A stretch of 64,000 bases of DNA, taken from NCBI RefSeq assembly GCF_009834535.1, contig NC_045696.1:41542001-41606000 (forward strand). Reading direction: 5' to 3'. Source of the DNA: Camelus ferus (lineage: Eukaryota). The position numbers were made by a program, and so were the translations under genes. The notes beneath the pieces are model-generated. The model ran no database searches and was not told where the DNA came from. It saw only the letters and a list, made by a program, of their open reading frames with translations. This document shows positions 1 to 13,480 of this stretch, piece after piece; the first letter of the stretch is position 1; every line of letters starts with the position of its first letter.

Positions 1-2469
1 CACAATATCACATTCAAATTTCCAATGACTCTCAGGGCAGGAAAGAACACAGGGTCCCTTGTCAAGCAGTAGGAGTGAAAACGCTTTCTAGATTAGTGTG
101 ATCACTCCCTCCAGTCTCAGTTACCTCATTCACACCTAATTAGGCAGCAAGCACAGTGCCATGGTTTTCCATCCAAACATCCAAAGCATTCATCTTAGTT
201 TCCTTAAAAATAATTCTCATTCCAATATTTATTTCATTGATGTATACATCAAACTAGATGTATATAATTATAACATAACAAGTATATACTAGATTGTATA
301 ATAAAATACAGAAACTGGAATTAAAAGATTTCAGAACAGTTTAATTGGTGGAGGCAGTGCTAGAGAGCAGCCCGCGGTTTGCGGACAGGCTCAGTACGCT
401 ATCAGCACTAGAAAAAGCCTCTCAGAGGAGGAAAGTGCCACAGTCAATACAGAAAGCTGGTGAATGAATGTCAACGGGAAGTGCTTCTGTCTAATTAACT
501 GGGGTGTCTGGATTATGACCATGAGAAAACAGGCCTAATTAACACCTTTCCCAAACATCGTTCCAAATTCACATCATTTGTGTATCTCCAAAAGTCTTAT
601 TTTTCTGTGGATATGGGGGGGGGGGTGGTTCTCATGTGCATGCGCGCGCACATGCATGCAATAGAGGATACTGTGAACTGTCTCCAAGCACTCTAGGAAT
701 GTTTCTAAAGCTTATTTTTTTTATTTGGCAATTTTTAAAACATGTGTTTTTTTCTCTGCATCATCCAAAAAACCACCTCAAAGCTGAATACTGCCTCCCC
801 AAGAATTACGATCCTGGGAGCACGAATGACCACATAATTTAACTTTGTATATGGAGATAAGCATGGCTAACTGCTTTTAGTTGCTACCATCTAATGTCAA
901 GCTAACTGCTCTGCACTGTTTTCACATTGAATTCTTGTTACCAGTTATAAAGACAATTTCCCTTTTACCAAGAAAATCTGTAGTTGAAAGGCATGTCTTT
1001 CAGAGAAGCAGACTTCAGTTTAAGAGATTAACATTGAAGGCTATTTGATACAAAACCAACATGGTATGGTGGCAAAATGTATTAATTGTCACAAATTATG
1101 AGGAATAGCATCAATGTACTCACACCAAGCAAGAGACAAATCACATCCGAACTTAATATAAAAGAAGTTTTCAACAGTTTAAAATTTCCAGTTAAGGATC
1201 AAGAAAAGGAATAAGGAAACCTGAGTTACAGTCATGTCATTTTTAAAAGGGATGCATTAATCACTTCTAGTATTTACAGATTGACCTCAACCTGAGAGCA
1301 GTGTTTAAACTATTACTATTTTCAACATCTGCAAAAATCAAGAAATTCAGATATTTTTTTCTCTAGTAATTTGATTAAATGCCACTGTAATACAGAATTC
1401 AATAACAACACAATGATAATCTTGTCTTGAATCAACATGAAAACTTTAAAGTGATATGTTATTTACAATGGCATCTAGAATTGTTTCTTGCTAGAATTTT
1501 GGTGAAGGGTGAAGTCTGATTATGGTGAACTATTTGAAAAGCTTTGAAATTATTAATGATATTCTGTACAACATACTTATACAAGCAGGCAGTCTCTGCA
1601 TTGGTAGAATTGAAGCTCAAATACACAAAGTAAATACATTACACCTAAAAAAAAGGTAATTTAGTTTCAATAAAATAAGCACATTAAAATAGTTCATTTG
1701 AGTTATATTCAATTTTATAATATTATTTGCTTATTTGTAAATTTCTTTTACTTTTATAGTTGTACAAAGAGCCACAGATACAAGGAGTTGGTAAGTATGT
1801 ACAAATATGAAATATCTAAGTAATAGTAAAACACTCTTTTAAGTCCAGTGGGAGCCCCTCCAGGAAGCTCCCATATCCTTTGGGGGTCCTACCTGTCACT
1901 GCACACTCAGCTTATTGGCACCACAGGGTGTTCAAGGCTCACCTGTGCGCCCCTCCCCCAGGACTGTAATCAGGCATTTCCCCAAAGCAGGAATTCAGAA
2001 GACAAGATCTGGGCACCAAGTAAGCTCATTGGGACTGTGGTGCTACTGCTTCCTGCCCTTCTATTGGGCAGAATTAGGAAATACATTTTTTAAATATTAT
2101 AAATTCATATTGCTTAGTTCATAATGAGATCTCCAATTCAAATTCATTAACACAAGATTCTTCCTCACTTTTCCAATTCCATATTGTCTCTCCTTCTCCT
2201 TACAGCAAGAACCCTTGTTCCCTATGTCAGTATTTTAAATCATATACTCTCTCATATGATACACATAGAAGTTTCAGAGTTAGTTCATCAATACCACAAT
2301 CAACCTCAATACTTATAAGTCAAGTTCAAGATTTCTGTACTGTCCTGCTATAGCTTCTTTCCAAACACTTCAGTCCTAAAGCCATTAAATGGGGCAGAGC
2401 GAGACAAATATCTCTGTGTGATGGGGGGAGTGGGGAGAGCCATGCTGGCTCAGTGTAAGGAGAAGCCCA

Positions 2470-2642
2470 CCCAAGGTCCCTGCGACCTGTTCATATAATC
2501 AGCCAGGTCAAACTATTTTTAGAATAACACTAAGATATTATTTTGCTTTTTGCACTTTTGTTGTCTGACAAGTATACTGTGGAGTTCTTCAAAAGCTACA
2601 GGACTTCACAACTGGGGCTAGATTAATATATGTGTATATGTA

Positions 2643-2702
<60 letters not shown>

Positions 2703-3180
2703 CTCATCTGTATATATATATATATACTCATATATATTCAATCAAAACAGCATAACGCAGCAGTTTGAAAGCAGAAGTAGATATAGAATCTAGCTGCCTT
2801 CTAGTAAGCCAGACATTAGAGATTGGCAAAAAAGTGAAAGAGTGGGAACCTACACTTCTCACTAAATCAGTTTTGTTTTGGAAAATAACTTCTTTTCATA
2901 AAACTATTTTATTTATGTTAGCATACAATGGGTTTACTACTATTATTCTAAATGAAAAAGATTATTTAAAATATTTTCAATTAATATGTTTTTAAATTCT
3001 GTTTTATTTTCTAATTAGTATATATTAACCAATTAACAAATTAAATAAATAAACAAATTAAACACAAATTAAACAAATTAATAAAGAGTTCACATAAATT
3101 AAAGCTTTTTGGAGTCCTCTGTAATTTTAAGAGTGTAAAGGAGTCCTAAGGCAAAAAATTAAAGCCTGAGCGGCAGTGAT
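2470..3180 (+). mobile_element. hAT-Charlie-type DNA transposon relic, interrupted by a (TA)n tract
   Basis: Motifs ggtcaaactatttt...aataacactaaga, agaatctagctgccttctagtaagccagacatt and aagagtgtaaaggagtcct resemble Charlie-family consensus as recalled. Confidence 0.7.
2626..2736. repeat. (TA)n/(TG)n microsatellite
   Basis: Long tatata run seen directly. Confidence 0.95.
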
Positions 3181-4008
3181 CTAACACATCACTGACAAGG
3201 GAAAAAGAACTCTGACACAGATAGGCACTTACATAACAACCAAATGCAATAAATGTATCTTTTTTGAATCCTAATTCTAAAAAATAAAAAAGATATCTTT
3301 AAGATACAAGACAAACTTAATTATATATTATTAGATGACATTAAGAAATTTCAATTTTGTTTGTTTTGACCGTGCCATAGTGATTATGAAAAAAAAATAC
3401 AGGTGAAATAAAATAATAACTAAAATTTGCTTTAAAATACTCCAGAAGAAAAAAAGTAGCAGAGGGTAGATGAAACAAAACTGGGAACTGTTGATAATTC
3501 AGGGTGAGGATATATAAACTAATGATAATACTCCCTACATCTGTATATTATTGAATTTTTCCAAAATAACTTTACAAAAAAGAGAAAAAACAAAAACTTA
3601 GAAAACACTGATTTTAAGATTTCCATGGGTACATATCATACAGTAATTGAAACTTAATTTCTAATCAATAAAGTTCAATTCTAAACACAGTTAAAAATAA
3701 TGAGAATTTCAGTAGCTCTTCATGTTCTCCTTCCCCTACGTCAAAAATTTTCCCAGATTGTCTTGCAGATATCTATGACAATACGGGAAATCCTAGGAAA
3801 CTCTGAAGTTGCAAAATAAATTTAGTTATAGGAATGGGAAATACCTAAACTAATTAGGGGATTTTAGTAAGAAAAAGAATTTAGAGCAAACTGGAAGTGA
3901 GATTTTTTTCTTAACCAAGTAAATCAGTTAATATTTTCTAGTAGAAAAAGGAAGCTTGCTTAAGTATTAAAGTCTTCTGAAAACAGGTTAGTTAATCAAT
4001 TTTATTAC

Positions 4009-4089
4009 CAAACTGTCTTGTGCAAATCAGGATTTTGTGAGGTAAAGTATGTTTTAATAGAGTTCCTACCCTTTAGTCTACTTAGATAC
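4009..4089 (-). CDS. Candidate 81-nt internal exon (phase 2-2), RYLSRLKGRNSIKTYFTSQNPDLHKTV; gene unidentified
   Basis: Acceptor gtcttcctgtctcttag, donor TTG|gtaata, length a multiple of 3, only one frame open. No homology recognised. Confidence 0.25.
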
Positions 4090-4599
4090 CTAAGAGACAG
4101 GAAGACTTGACTATACAAACCAGTATAGTGTCCAATGAGCAACAGAAAGGATAAAAAGTTTCCTGTGTGTTTGAGTAGGGGCTGTTCCATTTTACAGCAC
4201 TGTCCTTACTCCATGCCCTCATATTAAATAAAGCAAGACAGTTGATAAAAAGCTACTCACTCCACATAGATTCTTGGTAAGAATTTTCATTCCGAGAAGA
4301 CATTTAACTAGAAAATAAAGCTATTCACAAAATAATTAAGGAGGCACATGCTAGTTATTCCTACACTTTAATCATGAATGAAAATGAAGATCCGAGGACT
4401 ACCAGGTATATATATGAGGAGAGCCAACTTTATAAAAACAGAAAGAACCTCCCTCCCTCAAAAAAAAAAAAAAAAAAAGAGAGAGAGAGAAAAACAAAAA
4501 ATATCAATTATAAGACTTTGTTAGGAACAATAGTTCGAGGTATAAAAGAAAAAGGCTTTTAAAGACAAAAGCAAATTTATAATTTACTCAGAAATTACA

Positions 4600-5180
4600 T
4601 CCATAACACTAAAACATAAAGCAATAAGAAAGGAAGGGAATAAAAAAGAGCTTTTAGAAATTTTTAAATTTTTTTTATTGAAGTATAGCTTACAATGTTG
4701 TGTTAGTTTCTGGTATACAGCATAGTGAATGAACATGAAAAATATATATATATACTTTTTCACATTCTTAGAAAAAAATTTAAGTGGCCAAAATAAAATA
4801 TTTAGTATGATGACTGGAAAACAAACTTTTAGTAATCTCCCAGAATAAGAAGACAAAGATATGGACCATAGCAAAGACAGGAGACATGGAGAACCAATCC
4901 AGTAGATTCAATTAACAGAAACCTCAAGAAGTAAAAAGAAAATGGTGAGAAGAAAAGTTATCAAAGGGGATAATTTCAGAGTTTAAGGACACATCTTCAA
5001 ACTGAAAGGACCCACCAAGTATACATTAAAATTATTTCTTAATAATATTTTTTAAAAATGTACCTGGATATGCTATTGTGAAATTTTAGATCAAGGATAG
5101 AGTAAATCTTAAAACAAGAACAAAAGAACAAGAGTTAGACTGGCACCAGACTTCTCATCAGCAACATTGTGTGCTAGAAC
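4600..5180 (+). mobile_element. Very old L1 ORF1-region fragment containing a short minus-strand L1 3' tail (about 4670-4770)
   Basis: A-rich decayed ORF1-like sequence (actgaaaggacccaccaag, agactggcaccagacttctcatcagcaaca); ttattgaagtatagc...tggtatacagcatagtga is a reverse L1 3' terminus. Confidence 0.65.
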
Positions 5181-5184
5181 ACTG

Positions 5185-5682
5185 ATAAATTAAGTGCATT
5201 AATGGCTCAAAATAATAATCTCACTGTATCAAACCCTTTGCTTAGTAAGTTTGTAGTCTTCTATCACCTGACTCTTAGTTCAACCACATGAGTTACTTTG
5301 AACAATGGGGTGTTAGCAAAAGAGATTTGAAAAGGAGCTTCTATTATGTCGTTTTTCTCTTGGACCCCTGCCACTATCATGAGAACATATTCAAGCCAGC
5401 TTGCAGGAAAATAAGAGAGCGACATGGAAAACAGCTAAGTCACTCCAGATAAAGTCATCTTAGATCAGCCTACAGCTAGTCAATCCCCCAAATATATGAT
5501 TCCATTTAAAATCAGCAGTCACATAGCTACTCTCAGCTAACCACAAACTCATAAGGATCTCAGCTGAGACCAAAAGAATTGCCCAGACAACTCATGCAAT
5601 TGGGAGCAGTAATAAATGTTTGGATGTGTTTAAGCTACTATATTTAAGGTACTTTGTTATGCATCATTGTTGTGGCAATAGA
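5185..5682 (+). mobile_element. MaLR (MLT1-type) solo LTR
   Basis: MLT1-like 3' end: aataaatgtt...tttaagctacta...tttgttatgcatcatt...gcaatag. Confidence 0.7.
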
Positions 5683-6084
5683 TGAGAGAAACAGAAAGGA
5701 TCAGTACCCTCAAATTTTTGAGGAAAAGGTTTAAACCTAAAATTCAATACTTAGCCAAACAATCAAGGGTCAAGGCAAGAACAAGATATTTCACAAACAC
5801 GAGAATACACACCTGTTTCTTTTCATGTATCACCTTCTCAAGAAATTACTTAAGAATCTTTTTCAGAAAAATGAAGATCAAAGAAAGACAGAACAAGGTA
5901 CTATATCTAGAAAACAGTGGATCCAATCCAGAATCAGGATCAAATCCATGCTGTAGGCTCAGGGAGAATGTCAAAAGACTGGATAAGGAGGACAGACTTC
6001 GATCTCCAAAGTGGGTGAGGGGCAGAGACTCAATATGACTAAGAGATTAGAAAATGGTAAGAATGTAATAAAGAACTACTAGAG

Positions 6085-7865
6085 CAGGGATGACATCAGT
6101 GAAAAATGGCAGAGTAAGGACATCTGAAAAAGCTTTCCTTCATAAAAGCAATGAGAACACTGGTGAAACATGCCAAAATCAACTTTTTTAGAACTCTTGA
6201 AATTAACCAAAGCCTTGAAGTAATCCAGGAGCATTTACTCAAAACGAGTGACTGGATATCAGTAAATATACTGAGTTTTGTAGCACTTTAACTTGCCCTA
6301 TTCTCATCGCCCACTCTCCAGCTCTGCAGCATCCTTGAAAACCAGCAACCATGATCACGGTGAAAACCAGAAACCTGGAACCCACTCCATGCCCCCCCCC
6401 CGCACAGAGAATTGTCATTCTCTGACCTGTCTGGTCATCCCCTGGAAGACCCCACTTACAAAGATGTCCTTATTTGACCTTACTCAGAGCTCACCCAGTG
6501 GGACAATTAGATGCTCACATGCCAAAGAATGAAGTTGGACATCTATCTCACACAATATATAAAAATTAACCCAAAATGAATCAAAGACCTAAGAGATAAA
6601 ACTGTAAAATTCTTGGATGAAAACAGAGGTGTGATTTCTGTGACCGTGGATTAGACAATGGTTTCATAGACATGAAACCAAAAGCACAAATGACAAAAGA
6701 AAAAAATAGATAAATTGGACTTGATTAAAATTAGAAATTTTGTGCTTCAAAAGACATTATCAAGAAGATGAAAAGACAATCCACAGAAAAGCAAATCATA
6801 CATCTGATAAGAAACTAGTATCTAGAATATATATTTAAAAAAAAACCCTTTTAACATTTTATCATTAAGACAACCCATTTAAAAACGCACAAAGAGCAGG
6901 GAGGGTATAGCTCAAGTGCTAGAACACATGCTTAGCATGCACAAAGTCCTGGGTTCAATCCTCAGTCCCTCATTCTAAAAATAAATAAATAAATAAAGCT
7001 AATTACCTCCCCCCTCAAAAAAAATGCACAAAGCATCTGAACGGAAATTTCTCCAAAGAAGATACAGAAATGTCCAAGAAATGCAAAAAAGATAGATGTT
7101 CAATGTCATTAGTCGTTAGCATAATGCCAATCAAAACCACAGTGGGTTACCACCTCACACCCACTAGGATGACTATAGTTGAAAAAAGAGACAAGAACAA
7201 GTGTTAGTGGGAGTGTGGAGAACTAGAACCCTCAAACAATGCTGGTGGGATTGTAAAATGATGCGGCTGCTTTGGAAAACAATTAGTTACTAAAAGGTTA
7301 AACAGAGTTATATGACTGCACAATTCGATTCCAAGAGAAATTAAAACCTATGTTTATACCAAAACTTATACAAATATACATAGCAACAATATTTGTAATA
7401 GCCAAAACATGGAAATAATCCAAATTTCCCATCAACTGATCAACAGATAGACATAATATAGTATATCCATCCAATGGAATAGTATTTAGTCACAAAACTA
7501 ATGAAATACTGATTCATGCTACAATATGTATGAGCATGCCGCAACATGGGTGTAAATATCTCGCTAAGTCAAAGAATCCTGACACAAAAACCCATATTAT
7601 AGTATGATTCTATTTATATGAAATGCCCAAAATAGACAAATCCAAAAACAGAAAGTAAATTAACGGTTGCCGGCATCTGGGGTAGAGAGGAATGTGGAAT
7701 GACTGCTAAACAAGTTTCTTTTTGGAGTGATGAAAATATTCTGAAACTAGATAGTGGTGATGGTTGCACAACTTTGTAAATGTACTAAAAGCCATTGAAA
7801 GCCACTGAATTGAATATTTTAAAAGGTTAAATTTTATGATGTGTGAATTAAGTCTCAGTTTCAAA
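6085..7865 (+). mobile_element. Old L1 (L1M-type 5' segment joined to L1MB-like ORF2 end and 3'UTR)
   Basis: Decayed ORF2 C-terminal sequence (aaaattaacccaaaatgaatcaaagacct, tgctggtgggattgtaaaatg) and an L1MB-like 3'UTR (gatggttgcacaactttgtaaatgtactaaaagcc). Confidence 0.8.
6897..7019 (+). mobile_element. tRNA-derived SINE, Vic-1-like (camelid type)
   Basis: A box tagctcaagtgc, B box gggttcaatcc, (taaa)n tail, TSD aaaaa(c/t)gcacaaag at 6881-6894 and 7020-7033. Confidence 0.85.
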
Positions 7866-9111
7866 ATATAATGCAGGATAAGAATCACAAAGCTTCCTCC
7901 TTTCAACAAGTCACATTCTAAATATGCAGCAAACTGAAACAGGAAATAGTCTTAAGGCACTGGTGTAGTATAAGAAAAGAGAATTCAAGACTTCTGGTTT
8001 CTGGTATAACATAGGAGTTTAGAAGTCACTACTCCATCCTAACAACAAATAAAAAGTCGAACAAATTGCAATATTAACAAATTTTCTTAGATGAACAAGA
8101 GAAGCAAAACCATGGGGCAAACTGTGCCCCTCAAATTGGAAAGACTGACAAAGTGAATTCAGACAAGCACAACTTACAAGGCAGAAACTCACAAGCTGAA
8201 ATCTCTACAGGAACCAGTGCTATGGTAGAAAAACCAGAACTATAATTGATGAATTGTTGGAGGCTCTGAGTGAACAAATTGGACAGTAAAACACTTGAGG
8301 AAGATCTGTCATAGGGGAGCCTCATATTTTCATGGGTTTATCTCTAGGATATTGACCAGGTTCTTATAGTAAATACCAGAGGGAAAAAAATCCCCATATG
8401 CTTCCAGCAGGGTACAGGGAAAGGAACCAATGTGAACCAGCCCAGAACATGCTGTTCTTTTTAATAAGGTCTGCCCTCGAGAGAAACTATTTTACTAGAG
8501 ACTAACCTGCTAAAGTTTTATCAGAGCCCAACTGACCTGGCGGAAAAGAAATGCACAACTCCAGCCGTCTCTAGTCTTCCATGTGGGAGAAGGGGAATCC
8601 CCGGACTGCTCAGGCCATACTGTTTCACCTAAGGTTGGGGAAAAGAAGCATTTGTGAAGTTCACAGTCCAGAAAGACAAGTTCACTAAAAGACTGAGACC
8701 TAATCACTGGACTATAGAATGCTCCCCCTTTCCCCATATCTTATCCCCATGCTACTAAAGGCCTATTTACAGTAGTTCCTTTCATCTAGTACATCATAGC
8801 TGGCTATTTTTTTTTTAATTACAAGACATACTAAAATGCAAAAAAATAGAAGAGATAGAGCAAGTATTAAAAGTAAACATGGCAGGGATTTGGAATTATC
8901 AGACCAGCCACTTAAAACAACTATAATTTCTATGCTAAAGACTTGTGATGAGAAAACAGCTATTTTGAGTTGCTTGTCTCAACTATTTCAACAGTATAAC
9001 AACCACTCTCATACCCAGAGTCTGGACATTTAGATAAGGACTTGTGCTTAGGATTCCTGCCACAATTTTCTACTGAGATTTTCCCAGAGCACCTTTTAAA
9101 ATAACTACTTA

Positions 9112-10590
9112 GAGGGAGGCAGCCAAGATGGCGGAGTAGAAGGACGCTCGCAGCTCACTGTCTCCCAGAAATACACCAAACTCACATCCACGGACCCACC
9201 TTCAGCAGGACAGAGGGGGAACTTCCAAGGCTTGGATCTGTACAGAATAGCCCTTGACCGACAGAACTAAGTTAAACAAGCACAAAGGGTCCCTGCGACC
9301 CCCCCAGCCCTAGACATGAACCAGCAGGGGTGGGACGCGTCAGGCTGCCCAAGCCGGGTGGAGGACTGGAGCTGGCTGTACAGAGGCAACCTTGGGGCAC
9401 TGCAGTGTGCTGTGTGCCACAGCCCTGAGGAGATACAGAGCAGAACAGCCTGGGTCCCCTATAAAATACAAAAAAAAAAAAAGCCAAGCAACACTGCTGA
9501 TGTGCCCTGGGAGGAGGGGTGCCACAGCCTTCGTCTCGGCAGAGCGGCCGCACCGTTGCCGGCCTGTTCTCTGGAGAAGAGGGGCGGGGCTCAGCCGCGT
9601 CCGCCATATTCTCCGGTGTGCAGCTCCCAGGCGGAGGTGGGGTTGAAACCCAAATCCTTACCTAGTGGCCCCACAGTCTCATAGGCAGGACTGAGATTTG
9701 TTTATAGCCCCAGGCAGAGGGGACCATTCTGCCCCGTGCCTCGGTGAACTCGAGCCTCTAAGACACACCTACAGGCAGTGGAGTTCCGGCACACAGCGCG
9801 GCGAGGGCTGGTGTGGCTGGTAGGCTGGTTTCCTGCGACCCCGCCTACCGAGCACAGACGACGCATGGACGCGAGGCGGTGCGGGCAAGCGGCACTGAAC
9901 AGGGGCTCATACGGTGCACGGGTGCTGTGCCAGGACGCAGCACTGGGAGGGGGGTGCAACCTGCCCACCTACTGCGCGCTGCAACAGCTGGGAGCTGCAC
10001 AAACTGGGGCGTGACCTGAGGCCCTCTGGAAACAGCGAGCAGAGTTTGTGAAGCAGACCAGGGCAGGAGCAGTAACAACCACAAAACCCGCTCAGTAAGG
10101 AGGCCCCGCTCAATAGCTGGGGCAGGCTGTGGCCACAATACCAGCCACACCCCCAAGCAAAGGGGTAACAGACAAAAGGCATAGAAGGAAGACTTGGCAA
10201 CCACCCATGTTTCAAAAGGACCTCACAGCAAAATTATTAGGAGCGAACAGTCAACATAGGAACACATCCTCCTTTTTCTTCTTTTCTCTTTTTTCTTAAT
10301 TTTTAAAATTACTTATTCTTTTTACTTTCTAAATCCCCTTTAAATTTTTTTCTTTTAAAATTTTTAATTGATTTGTTTAATTTCTCTCAGTTTGATTTTT
10401 ATTTCTCTTTGTTTTGTTCTTTGGTTATTGATTATACTTTTGTTTTCAAATCTTTTCTTTTAAATTTTTAAAGAAAATTTTCTGTTTTTGTTTTTGGTTT
10501 TTTTTTTTGGCTTTACTTCTGCATCCTCTACAAATTAATTAATTAATTAATTAAACAAACAAACAAACCCCTTCAGGACCACAGTAGATA
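9112..10590 (+). promoter_or_regulatory. L1 5'UTR and internal promoter, CpG-rich over about 9120-10110
   Basis: Begins gagggaggcagccaagatggcgg with the YY1 core (caagatggc) typical of L1 5' ends; the only strongly CpG-retaining stretch in the window. Confidence 0.85.
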
Positions 10591-13310
10591 AAAAATCTCC
10601 CTACAAATAAAAGTCCAGGACCAGATGGCTTCACCAGGGAATTCTACCAAACATACAAAGAACTCATACCAGTAATTCTCAAACTCTTCCAGAAGATTGA
10701 AAAGGAGGGAATACTCCCAAACTCATTCTATGAAGCCACCATCACCCTGATACCAAAACCAGGCAAAGACACTACAAAAAAAGAGAATTATAGGCCAATA
10801 TCACTGATGAACATAGATTGCAAAATCCTCACCAAAATATTAGCAACTAGAATCCAACAGCACATAAAAAAGATTATACATCATGACCAAGTGGGGTTCT
10901 TCCCAGGGACACAAGGGTGGTTCAGCATATGCAAATCAATCAATGTAATACATCACACTAACAAGAGAAAGGACAAAGAACACATGATCATCTCAATAGA
11001 TGTAGAAAAGCATTTGATAAAATTCAACACCCATTTATAATAAAAACTCTCACCAAAATGGGTATAGAGGGAATGTATCTCAACATAATAAAAGCTATAT
11101 ATGACAAACCTACAGCCAGCATAGTACTCAATGGTGAAAAACTCAAAAGCTTCCCACTAAAATCTGGGACAAGACAAGGATGCCCACTATCACCACTCCT
11201 ATTCAACATAGTCTTGGAAGTCCTAGCCACAGCAATCAGACAAGAGAGAGAAATAAAAGGGATCCAAACTGGAAAAGAAGAGGTAAAACTGTCACTATAT
11301 GCCAATGACATGTTACTATATATAGAAAACCCTAAAACTACTACAGCTGATCGAAGAATTCAGCAAGGTAGCAGGTTACAAGATTAACGTTCAAATATCA
11401 GTTGCATTTCTTTACACTAATGATAAATCAACAGAAAAAGAAAATAAAGAAACAATCCCCTTTAAAATAGCACCCAAAGTAATAAAATACCTAGGAATAA
11501 ATCTAACCAAGGAGGTGAAAGAATTATACACAGAAAACTTTAACCACTGATGAAGGAAATTAAAGGAGACTTTAAAAAGTGGAAAGATATCCCACGCTCT
11601 TGGATTGGAAGAATCAATATTGTTAAAATGGTCACACTGCCCAAGGCAATCTACAGATTTAATGCAATCCCTATCAAATTACCCAGGACATATTTCACAG
11701 AACTAGAACAAATCATAATAAAATTTATATGGAACCGTCAAAGACCTAGAATTCCAAAGCATTACTGAAGAGAAAGAAAGAGGCTAGAGGAATAACTCTC
11801 CCAGACTTCAGACAATACTATAGAGCTACAGTCATCAAGACAGCATAGTATTGGTACAAAAACAGACATATAGACCAATGGAACAGAACAGAGAGCCCAG
11901 AAATGAACCCACAAACTTTTGGTCAACTAATCTTCGACAAAGGAGGCAAGAATATACAATGGAATAAAGACAGTCTCTTCAGCAAATGGTGCTGGGAAAA
12001 CTGGACAGCAGCGTGTAAAGCGATGAAGCTAGAATACTCCCTTACACCATACACAAAAATAAACTCCAAATGGATCAAAGATTTAAACATAAGACAAGAT
12101 AAACTAAACCTCCTAGAAGAAAATATAGGCAAAACATTATCTGACATACATCTCAAAGATGTTCTCCTAGAACAGTCTACCCAAGCAATAGAAATAAAAG
12201 CAAGAATAAACAAATGGGACCTAATAAAAGTTACAAGCTTCTACACAGTAAAGGAAACCATAAGTAAAACAAAATGACAACCTACGAAATGGGAGAAAAT
12301 TTTTGCAAATGAAACTGACAAAGGCTTGATCTCCAGAATATAAGCACCTCATATGACTTAATAAGAAACAACCAAACAACCCAATCCAAAAGTGGGCAGA
12401 AGTCCTAAACAAGCAATTCCCCAAGGAAGACATACAAATGATCAATAGGTACATGAAAAAATGCTCAATATCACTAATTATCAGAGAAATGCAAATCAAA
12501 ACTACAATGAGGTATCACCTCACACGAGTCAGAATGGCCATCATTCAAAAATCCACAAATGACAAATGCTGGAGTGGCTGTGGAGAAAAAGGAACCCTCC
12601 TACACTGCTGGTGGGAATGCAGTTTGGTGCAACCACTGTGGATAACAGTATGGAGATTCCTCAAAAGACTAGGAATAGACTTTCCATATGACCCAGGAAT
12701 CCTGCTCCTGGGCTTATATCCAGAAGGAACCCTACTCCAAAATGACACCTGCACCCCAATGTTCATAGCAGCACTATTTACAATAGCCAAGACATGGAGA
12801 CAGCCTAAATGTCCATCAACAGATGATTGGATAAAGAAGATGTGGTATATTTATACAATGGAATACTACTCAGCCATAAAAACCAACAACATAATGCCAT
12901 TTGCAGCAACATGGATGTTCCTGGAGAATGTCATTCTAAGTGAAGTAAGCCAGAAAGAGAAAGAAAAATACCATACGAGATCACTCATATGTGGAATCTA
13001 AAAACAACAAACAAACAAAAAAACATAAATACAAAACAGAAACAGACTCATAGACATAGAATACAAACTTGTGGTTGCCAAGGGGGCGGGCAGTGGGAAG
13101 GGATAGATGGGATTTCAAAATGTAGAATAGATAAACAAGATTTTACTATATAGCACAGGGAAATATATACAAGATCTTATGGTGGGTCACAGAGAAAAAA
13201 ATGTGACAATGAATATATATATGTTCATGTATAACTGAAAACTTGTGCTCTACACTAGAATTTGACACAACATTGTAAAATTATTATAAATCAATAAAAA
13301 ATGTTAAAAA
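10591..13310 (+). mobile_element. Young 5'-truncated L1: ORF2 from KSPGPDGFT to the C-terminus, 3'UTR and polyA signal; inactive
   Basis: ORF fragments with [23 protein letters not shown] (YADD mutated), HCWWEC; frameshifts and stops; aataaa near 13294. Confidence 0.95.
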
Positions 13311-13480
13311 CTTTTCTGTTGTTCTTGGTGTTGTTTTGTTTTGGTTCTTTGTTTGTTTGTTTGTTTTACTTCTGCATCCACTACAAATTAATTAATTAAT
13401 TAAACAAACAAACAAAACCCTTCAGGACCACAGTAGATAACTGATACTCCATAATCCATAGTGCCAGAGATAAAAGTAAA

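Noticed and set aside
237..305. 16-bp palindrome ttgatgtatacatcaa with nearby short direct repeats
   Set aside because: Short and AT-rich; compatible with chance or local slippage, no functional context.
3025..3085. Short repeated units as a CRISPR-like array
   Set aside because: Degenerate aaattaaac slippage without unique spacers, in a eukaryotic context.
6897..6970. tRNA gene
   Set aside because: tRNA-like head followed by a simple-repeat tail and TSDs, so it is a SINE.
9272..10215. Cluster of overlapping ORFs as host genes
   Set aside because: They lie in a GC-rich L1 5'UTR where stops are rare; no recognisable domain.
10807..13001. Long ORFs as a functional reverse transcriptase gene
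   Set aside because: L1 ORF2 broken by frameshifts and stops, YADD changed to YAND, endonuclease not contiguous.
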